DNA of 64,000 bases. Source: Spirochaetia bacterium (GTDB lineage: Bacteria; Spirochaetota; Spirochaetia; SZUA-6; Bin103). The position numbers and the translations under genes were made by a program. Each line of letters starts with the position of its first letter. Position 1 is the stretch's first letter. Under the pieces are notes generated by a model that worked only from the letters and a program-made list of their open reading frames with translations, was not told the origin of the DNA and did not search any database. Shown here in pieces: positions 57,755 to 64,000 of this stretch. The stretch covers positions 352,001-416,000 of the forward strand of contig OZ241907.1 of the NCBI GenBank assembly GCA_965203515.1. Reading direction: 5' to 3'.

Positions 57755-58264
57755 GTGGGAGCGTTCAAGGTCGACTGCGATCTGCAGGAACTGACCGGGA
57801 ACCGCCCGGCGGTGAGCATCGCCGGCGTGATGGTAGACACCGGGTCCGAGTACACGTGGCTGCCGGAGCAGGTGCTCACCGCCGCCGGAGTCCACGTGAC
57901 CAAGAAGGAAGTGGCGTTCGTGATGGCCAACGGCACGACCATCAAGCGAGACATCGGCTACGCTTACCTGCGCAGCGGCGGCTTCGAGACCGTTGACGAG
58001 GTGGTGTTTGCGCGCGCCGGCGATCTGCGGCTGCTCGGCGCGCGCACGCTTGAAGGATTCGCGGTCCTGGTCGACGCCCGCCGGAAACGATTGGTGGCAT
58101 CGGGACCACTACCGGTGGCGCCCGGTCGGATTCCTGCTGCCGCACCTGGCGTCCCGACCATTCATTCATCGCCATCATCGTCGACGGCATCACGTTCCGG
58201 TTCATCGCCATCACCGTCGGCCGCATCACGTTCCGGTTCATCGTCGCCGGAATCACGTGGATAG
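57755..58264 (+). CDS. Retropepsin-like (clan AA) aspartyl protease
   Basis: VDTGSEYTW and LLGARTLEG. GTG start 9 nt after TATACT. C-terminal ~45 aa is Ser-rich read-through into the opposite gene. Confidence 0.75.
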   Translation: MGAFKVDCDLQELTGNRPAVSIAGVMVDTGSEYTWLPEQVLTAAGVHVTKKEVAFVMANGTTIKRDIGYAYLRSGGFETVDEVVFARAGDLRLLGARTLEGFAVLVDARRKRLVASGPLPVAPGRIPAAAPGVPTIHSSPSSSTASRSGSSPSPSAASRSGSSSPESRG

Positions 58265-58821
58265 CGTGCCGACAAATCGCGGATTTCGTCAAGGGCGGAC
58301 GCGGCATCGGACAGATTGGAGTCGAAATTGCCACCTAGAAATAGCGGGAGATTCTCGACGCCGTGCAGTTTCCGCAAGCAGTCCCGCACGCAACTCAACA
58401 TCATGGTTCCGACCGAAACCACATCCTCGAGTTCGTAATCGCCGTACACGGGCTTGCCCTCGAACCTCCTCAACGTCAGTCTGATGACGATCCGTTCTTC
58501 GCCGATGTCGTAGTAGGGGTCGGAGGTCATGGAACTGAAGCTGGTACGGGGATCGAACGGCCACTCTATCCTTACCCGCATCGCTTCGATGATGTCCTTC
58601 AGGGATTCGGCCAACCGGTCGTCGTGTTCGTGGAGCCGGGAGACGATCGCCGCCTGCTTGTCCCGCGGCAAGGCCCGCAAGTATGCCAATATCTTGCGGC
58701 AACGATTCGGTATGCCCGACAGCGGGTCCTCTATCTCACCCTTTCTTACCCCGTCCGCGATTCTGGAAAGCAGCGCGGTCATGTGAAGGGTATCGACGAT
58801 GAGCTTCTCGATCACGTCCAT
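58162..58821 (-). CDS. Hypothetical protein (219 aa) with acidic repeat tail
   Basis: SD AGGAG upstream; protein-like composition; lower GC; no family recognised. Confidence 0.65.
   Translation of the reverse strand: MDVIEKLIVDTLHMTALLSRIADGVRKGEIEDPLSGIPNRCRKILAYLRALPRDKQAAIVSRLHEHDDRLAESLKDIIEAMRVRIEWPFDPRTSFSSMTSDPYYDIGEERIVIRLTLRRFEGKPVYGDYELEDVVSVGTMMLSCVRDCLRKLHGVENLPLFLGGNFDSNLSDAASALDEIRDLSARYPRDSGDDEPERDAADGDGDEPERDAVDDDGDE
58165..58245. repeat. 36-bp tandem repeat x2.25
   Basis: TTCATCGCCATCA.CGTCG...GCATCACGTTCCGG at 58165 and 58201, partial copy at 58237. Confidence 0.9.
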
Positions 58822-59034
58822 GGCGGCTCTCCTCCTGCATTCGAGACCGACGATCAGCGGCGTAACGCCGCCGGGGCGGCATGCACCTCGTTACGCAGAG
58901 GATAAGTCTGTCCGGTCGATTCTTCAAGCGGAACGGGGCGGATTTCGAGTTGTATCTCAGGGCAGGTCTACAACCGGGAAGGCGCGTTTGCGGAAGCGGA
59001 TCATGCCTCGACGCGCGTCCGACCAGGCAGCCGC

Positions 59035-59062
59035 TTCACGATGTAGCGCCGGCGGGTATACT
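59035..59062 (+). promoter_or_regulatory. Putative pglW promoter
   Basis: TTCACG-N16-TATACT, ATG 11 nt downstream, no SD. Confidence 0.45.
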
Positions 59063-59073
59063 GCCGGCATCCG

Positions 59074-62000
59074 ATGCACCGATCGAGCAGCAGCCATTGG
59101 ATCGAGGTCACCCCGTCGGAGTACGCGTGGGAGCGGGAGGCGCTCCACTACCTGAAGACGCGGCTGCCGGACGGCGAGCCGTTTCGCGCGTGGTCCAACT
59201 TCGAGTTCATCTCCCATGACGGCAGCATCAACGAGGTCGATCTGCTGGTGGTGTCGCTGCACCGCGTCTACCTGGTGGAGATCAAGAGTTGGCGCGGCGT
59301 GGTCTCCGGCGATCAGAGTACCTGGAGCCGGAGCGTGGATGGCAGGACGTTGCTGGCCGACAGCCCGCTGCTGCTGGCGAACCGCAAGGCGCGCAAGCTC
59401 GCCGCGCTGCTGAAGGCGCAGCCGGCCCTCGCCCGGGAGCGGCGGCCGTTCCTGGAACCGCTCGTGTTTCTGTCGCAGGCGCGGTGCCGGCTGGAGGGGT
59501 TGGCGCGGACCGGGGTGTACGTGTCCCAGAACCACGCCGACGCCGGCGCCGGGGAGCCGTCGATCGTCGACGTGTTGAGGGGCGACGCCGGGTTCGATCC
59601 CCGGCGCCCGTTGCCGCGCATCGACCGCCCGCTGGCGCGGGCGATCGCGCGCGCCATGGAACAGGCCGGCATCCGTCCCTCGCAGCGGCAGCGGCGCGTC
59701 GCCGACTACGTGCTGCGCCGGCTGCTGCTGGAGACCGACGCGTGGCAGGACTGGGAGGCGGAGCACGTCTCGGTGCCGGAATCGAAGCGCCGCATCCGCG
59801 TCTACCCGCTGGCCCGGGCATCGTCGGAGTCCGGCCGCCGGGAACGGCGCGCCGCCGCCGAGCGCGAGTACCGCCTGCTCGACGGCGTGGGCCACGACGG
59901 CATCCTGCGCGCGGAGCTGCTGACCGACGCGGAGCAGGGGCCGGCCATCGTGTTCGAGCACCACCCGGCCGCCGAGCGGCTGGATCACTTCCTGGACCGG
60001 CGCGGCGCCGAGCTGCCGCCGGAGACGCGGCTCGACCTGGTGCGGCAGTTGGCCCAGACCGTGCGGTACGCCCACGAGCGGCGGCTCTGCCACCGCGCGC
60101 TGAGTCCGCGCCGCGTCCTGGTGATGGACCCGGCGGCGGCGCGGCCGCGGCTCAAGATCTTCGACTGGCAGACGGCAACGCACGCCGCCAGCGGCACGCG
60201 GTCGCCGACCGCTCCGGCGGCCGCTCCGGCGGCCGACCCGGCGATCGACGATGCGGAGGGCGTCTACCTGGCCCCGGAAACCGGCCTGGGCGGTTACGAC
60301 CCGACGAAGCTCGACCTGTTCTCGCTGGGCGCGGTCGCCTATCGGGTGTTCGCCGGCACGCCGCCGGCGCCCACCGTCGCCGCCTTGCACGACCGGCTGG
60401 CCCGCAGCCGCGGTCTGAAGCTCTCCGATCAGATCGACGGCGCGCCGGAGGCGCTGCAACTGGTGGTCGAGTGCGCCACCGATCCCGACGCCTCCGGGCG
60501 GCCGGCTACCGCGGCCGAGTTCTGCGTGCAGCTCGATGACGCGGAACGGGAGCTCGCCGCGGCCCGGGAGCCGCGCGAGGAGTTCGCGCACCCGCTCGAC
60601 GCCGGCCCGGAAGAAACGCTGGAGGGTGGATTCCGGGTGGTGCGCCGGCTCGGCCGGGGCGCGACCGCGCTGGCGCTGCAGGTGGAGCACGCCGATCGCG
60701 CCGGCGTACTCAAGGTGGCGCTCGACCCGTCCCGCAACGACCGCGTGCGGCGCGAAGGCGAGCTGCTGCGCTCGCTGCGCCATCCCAACATCGTCGATGC
60801 GTACCGCGACGATGCGTACCGCGAGGTCGAGCTTTCCGGCCACGCCGCGGTCTTCATGGCGCTGGCCGGCGCAGAGAACAAAGGCGGCGCCTATACCCTC
60901 GCCGACCGCATCCGGGAGGAAGGCCGGCTGTCGCTCGATCTGCTGCAGCGCTTCGGCGATCAACTGGTGAGCGTCGTGCAGTGGCTGGAGGAGCAGGGCG
61001 TGTCGCACCGCGACCTCAAGCCCGACAACATCGGCGTGTCGGGCACGCCGCTCAGCCTGGTGGTGTTCGACTTCTCGCTGGCGGACACCCCGGCGGAAAA
61101 CATCCGCGCCGGCACGCCGCAGTACCGCGATCCGTTCCTGGCGTTGCGCAGGCCGCCGCGCTGGGACGCCGGCGCCGAACGCTTCAGCGCGGCCATGACC
61201 CTGCACGAGATGGCGACCGGTCAGTTGCCCGGCTGGGGCGACGGGCAGAGCGACCCGGCGCTGCTCGACGAGGAAGTCTCCCTGGACGCCGAGCTGTTCG
61301 ATCCGTCGGTGCGGGAGGCGCTGACCGCGTTCTTCAGGACGGCGCTGGCGCGCGACTACCGCGCCCGCTTCGACAACGCGGAGGAGATGCGCCGCGCCTG
61401 GTTCCGCTGCTTCGAGGCGATCGACGTGACCGCCGCCGGCGGCGAAGAAGGCGATCTGCCGGAGGAGTTCGAAGGCGTGACCGAGGCGACGGCGCTGGCC
61501 GCGCTGGGCATCAGCCCGCGTCTGCTGAACGCCCTGGAGCGGATCGGCGCGCACACGGTCGCCGAGCTGGTCGGGCTGCCGCGCATCCGCCTGTACCGCA
61601 ACCAGGGCATCGGGCAGCGCGTCGTCAAACGGATTCGCCGGCTGTCGGAGCTGCTGGCCGAGCACCTGGCCGACCGCGGGCGGACGATCTCCACCACGAC
61701 CGCCGGCGAAGAGGAGTACCCGACCGACCCGGCGGTATGGAGCATCGACCTTCTGGCGTCGCGGCTGACGACGCGCGGTGCCGCGTCCGGCACTGCGGCC
61801 GGCGGCAGTTGGATGAAGCCGGTGCGGGACTCGGCGGCGGCGCTGGTGGCGAGCCACGGCGGCGTGATGACGGAGGACGAGCTGGTCGGGGCGTTGGCCG
61901 CGGCGCGCGGTTCGGCGGCGTCCGGCGGCGAACGGCTGCGCCGGGCCCGCGTGGTCGCCGCGGCGGCGCTGGACGCGGAAGGCAAGCGCCGGGACTGCCG

Positions 62001-63135
62001 CTACCGCGTGCAGGCCGGCGCCACCGGCTCGCTGATCCTGGCGACGGCGGCGCTGGCCCCCGCGCTCAGCGCGGCGCCGGCGGCGCGCGCGGACTACGTG
62101 CGGCGACTCGGCGCGGCTGCCGACCGGCTTGCCGCTGTCGATCCGCTCGTCTCGCCGGCGCGCGTGCGGGAGGAGATCGCGGGGATCGAGCCGCCGCCGG
62201 GGATGCCGCCGCTCGACCCGGACCGGTGCGTGCGGCTTGCGGTGCAGGCGGCGGAGCGGGCGGCGCTCTCTTCCCGCGGCGAGCTGTATCCGCGCGGCAT
62301 GGCGGCGGCGCGCGCGGTCAAGCTCGGCGCCAGCTCGCTGCTCGGCCCCCGGGAGCTGGCGGCGCGCCAACTCCGGGAGCGGTTGGCAAGCCGCTACCCG
62401 GAAGCCGAGCCGCTGCCGGAGCGTCCCCGGCTGGACGCGCTGCTGGATGCGGCCGGGCTCAAGTTGGTGTGGGACCGGGAGCGGGCGAAGTACCGCGCGC
62501 GGACCCCGCCGCACCGTCGCACGACCGGCAGCACGTCGTCCCCGGCCGGCGCCGGCGATGAGGAAGCGTACGCCGCGGACGCTCTGGACGAGCGGCTGCG
62601 GCGCACGGTCCGCGCGCAGGGCTTTCTGGCGCTGTCGGTCCCGCCGCGCTACTTCACGGCCGCCGAGCGCTACCTGGCGGCCGGCTTCGAGCTGGCGGCG
62701 TTCAGCATGGAGGCGGAGCTGATCCGCCACATGCGGGCGCTGGCGGCCGAGCTGGGCGCCGATTGGCAGGTGGTGATCGCCGCCGACGCGGCGCCTCGGG
62801 GAAGCGTCGATCACCGCCGTCTGAACCAGCTCGTGCAGCGGGCGGCGGAGCGGCTGCAGCGCGAGCTGGTCGGCGCGGACGCCCCGCTGCTGCTGACCCG
62901 TTCCGGTCTGCTGGCGCACTACCGCCGGCTCGACCTGCTGGCCGCGGTGCAGGACGAATGCCAACGCGGCGCGGCGCGCGCGGCGCGGATACTCTGCATC
63001 GCCGGAGGCGCGCCCGACGGTCTGCCGATGATCGACCGCCAGGCGCTGCCGGTGGTGGTCGCCTCCGCCTGGGCGCGCCCGGGCGCCGGCTGGCTCACCC
63101 GCGCCGCGGCCGCCGCAGGTGAGCACCACCGATGA
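59074..63135 (+). CDS. pglW: BREX type 2 serine/threonine kinase PglW
   Basis: NERD domain (WEREAL..AWSNFEF..EVDLL..VEIKSW), degenerate kinase (HRALSP..DWQ), kinase (RLGRGATA, HRDLKPDN, DFSL), HhH-like region and SSRGELYPRG. Followed by pglX. Confidence 0.92.
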   Translation: MHRSSSSHWIEVTPSEYAWEREALHYLKTRLPDGEPFRAWSNFEFISHDGSINEVDLLVVSLHRVYLVEIKSWRGVVSGDQSTWSRSVDGRTLLADSPLLLANRKARKLAALLKAQPALARERRPFLEPLVFLSQARCRLEGLARTGVYVSQNHADAGAGEPSIVDVLRGDAGFDPRRPLPRIDRPLARAIARAMEQAGIRPSQRQRRVADYVLRRLLLETDAWQDWEAEHVSVPESKRRIRVYPLARASSESGRRERRAAAEREYRLLDGVGHDGILRAELLTDAEQGPAIVFEHHPAAERLDHFLDRRGAELPPETRLDLVRQLAQTVRYAHERRLCHRALSPRRVLVMDPAAARPRLKIFDWQTATHAASGTRSPTAPAAAPAADPAIDDAEGVYLAPETGLGGYDPTKLDLFSLGAVAYRVFAGTPPAPTVAALHDRLARSRGLKLSDQIDGAPEALQLVVECATDPDASGRPATAAEFCVQLDDAERELAAAREPREEFAHPLDAGPEETLEGGFRVVRRLGRGATALALQVEHADRAGVLKVALDPSRNDRVRREGELLRSLRHPNIVDAYRDDAYREVELSGHAAVFMALAGAENKGGAYTLADRIREEGRLSLDLLQRFGDQLVSVVQWLEEQGVSHRDLKPDNIGVSGTPLSLVVFDFSLADTPAENIRAGTPQYRDPFLALRRPPRWDAGAERFSAAMTLHEMATGQLPGWGDGQSDPALLDEEVSLDAELFDPSVREALTAFFRTALARDYRARFDNAEEMRRAWFRCFEAIDVTAAGGEEGDLPEEFEGVTEATALAALGISPRLLNALERIGAHTVAELVGLPRIRLYRNQGIGQRVVKRIRRLSELLAEHLADRGRTISTTTAGEEEYPTDPAVWSIDLLASRLTTRGAASGTAAGGSWMKPVRDSAAALVASHGGVMTEDELVGALAAARGSAASGGERLRRARVVAAAALDAEGKRRDCRYRVQAGATGSLILATAALAPALSAAPAARADYVRRLGAAADRLAAVDPLVSPARVREEIAGIEPPPGMPPLDPDRCVRLAVQAAERAALSSRGELYPRGMAAARAVKLGASSLLGPRELAARQLRERLASRYPEAEPLPERPRLDALLDAAGLKLVWDRERAKYRARTPPHRRTTGSTSSPAGAGDEEAYAADALDERLRRTVRAQGFLALSVPPRYFTAAERYLAAGFELAAFSMEAELIRHMRALAAELGADWQVVIAADAAPRGSVDHRRLNQLVQRAAERLQRELVGADAPLLLTRSGLLAHYRRLDLLAAVQDECQRGAARAARILCIAGGAPDGLPMIDRQALPVVVASAWARPGAGWLTRAAAAAGEHHR

Positions 63136-63560
63136 TCGGAGATACGATAGAACGTGACTTTCGCGACAAGGTGTCAGCACAGATCCGTCTGCATCCCGAA
63201 GGATTGAACCGCTTCCGTGTGTTCAACCCGTTTCTGTTCGAGGACGGCGATCATCTGGTTATCGTATTGAAGAAAGAGTGGGGCAAATGGGTTCTTTCCG
63301 ATGAGGCGCACACCTTCATGCACCTTACCTATAGTATCGATGAAAAATATCTTCTGAGTGGCACACGCCGGAAGATCATCTCCAACGCACTGTCCATGTT
63401 CGAGGTCGAGGACCGTAACGGAGAATTGGTACTATACGTTCCTGATGGGCGCTACGGAGATGCTCTCTATTCCTTCATCCAGGCGATTCTCAAGATAGCC
63501 GATGTCGAATACCTGTCACGTGAACGCATTCAGTCTACGTTCATGGAGGACTTTCGCTGA
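63132..63560 (+). CDS. DUF1828-like protein, short (142 aa)
   Basis: PFLFEDGDHLVI..WVLSDEAHT..L motif; much lower GC; ATGA overlap with pglW and TGATG overlap with pglX. Confidence 0.7.
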   Translation: MIGDTIERDFRDKVSAQIRLHPEGLNRFRVFNPFLFEDGDHLVIVLKKEWGKWVLSDEAHTFMHLTYSIDEKYLLSGTRRKIISNALSMFEVEDRNGELVLYVPDGRYGDALYSFIQAILKIADVEYLSRERIQSTFMEDFR

Positions 63561-64000
63561 TGCCGATCGATCGGCAGGAGCTGCTGAGCGACCTGCGGCG
63601 GCAGCTGCGGCTGCTGGAGCGGGACCTGGCCGAACGCGCCGAGAGCGTGCCGGAGATGGCCGCGGCGCTGGAGGCGGAGTACCGGGCGGCGCGCGCCGCC
63701 GAGCGCACCGCGGCGACGTTCCGCGTCTGGCGCGCCGGCGAGCTGACTCAGGCGGCGGTCGCGTGGCTGCTCGCCGGCGTGTTCGTGCGCTTCATCGAGG
63801 ACAACGGGCTGATCGACGAGCCGTTGATCGGCGGCCCGAACGGCGGCAACGAGCAGGCGGCGCAGCGCCAGACGCGCTACTTTCGCACCGATCCGACCGC
63901 GACCGACCGCGATTATCTGCTCGACGGGTTCGCCGCAGTCGCCCGCCTGCCGGCGCTGGCCGAGCTCTACGATCGGGCGCGCAACCCGATGTGGCGCCTC
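63560..64000 (+). CDS. pglX: BREX type 2 adenine methyltransferase PglX (3'-truncated by window edge)
   Basis: Not in the ORF track. Reads MPIDRQELLSDLRRQLRLLERDL..EYRAA..RTAATF..W..TQAAVAWLLAGVFVRFIEDNGLI; SD GGAGGA. Confidence 0.88.
   Translation, partial: MPIDRQELLSDLRRQLRLLERDLAERAESVPEMAAALEAEYRAARAAERTAATFRVWRAGELTQAAVAWLLAGVFVRFIEDNGLIDEPLIGGPNGGNEQAAQRQTRYFRTDPTATDRDYLLDGFAAVARLPALAELYDRARNPMWRL

Noticed and set aside
536..58264. Over-extended ORF-track starts (4195, 39726, 42197, 48316, 54392, 57068, 55967)
   Set aside because: They overlap neighbouring genes or run well upstream of the first family motif. Downstream starts fit motifs, SD sites or stop-start coupling.
58957..63180. 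1407-aa antisense ORF opposite pglW
   Set aside because: Arg-rich shadow frame. All recognisable motifs are on the plus strand.

Overview
High-GC bacterial window with no rRNA, tRNA or CRISPR array that I can support. It has five parts. (1) 1-6.2 kb: glycan/sugar catabolism genes (Ogl/TolB-like propeller, YetA/PcRGLX-like lyase-type protein, SIS-like protein, amidohydrolase). (2) 6.2-8.3 kb: a scar-rich patch with a BREX-3 BrxA-like remnant and an Rpn/YhgA nuclease gene that carries a strong internal RBS (candidate nested RpnS antitoxin) and lies between ~105-bp imperfect direct repeats. (3) 8.5-33.6 kb: one 25-kb gene for an ~8,350-aa surface protein: signal peptide, Arg-rich Ig-like head, 13.8-kb stalk of 690-bp tandem repeats with one aberrant module, Calx-beta domains and a C-terminal autotransporter-like barrel. 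Its best-supported start codon is one base out of frame across a G15 tract, a candidate phase-variation switch. (4) 33.6-57.7 kb: Fic gene, RelE/Gp49-HTH toxin-antitoxin pair, catabolic clusters (PLP, TPP, PhyH, SDR, sulfatase, ADH, BNR, DUF6067-like, sugar ABC), an R-M cassette with a broken endonuclease but intact methylase, and an M14-Eis-GNAT operon. (5) 57.7-64 kb: retropepsin-like protease, an orphan ORF and the start of a BREX type 2 (Pgl) system with a DUF1828-like gene inserted between pglW and pglX. Family calls come from motif recognition only, with no database searches.
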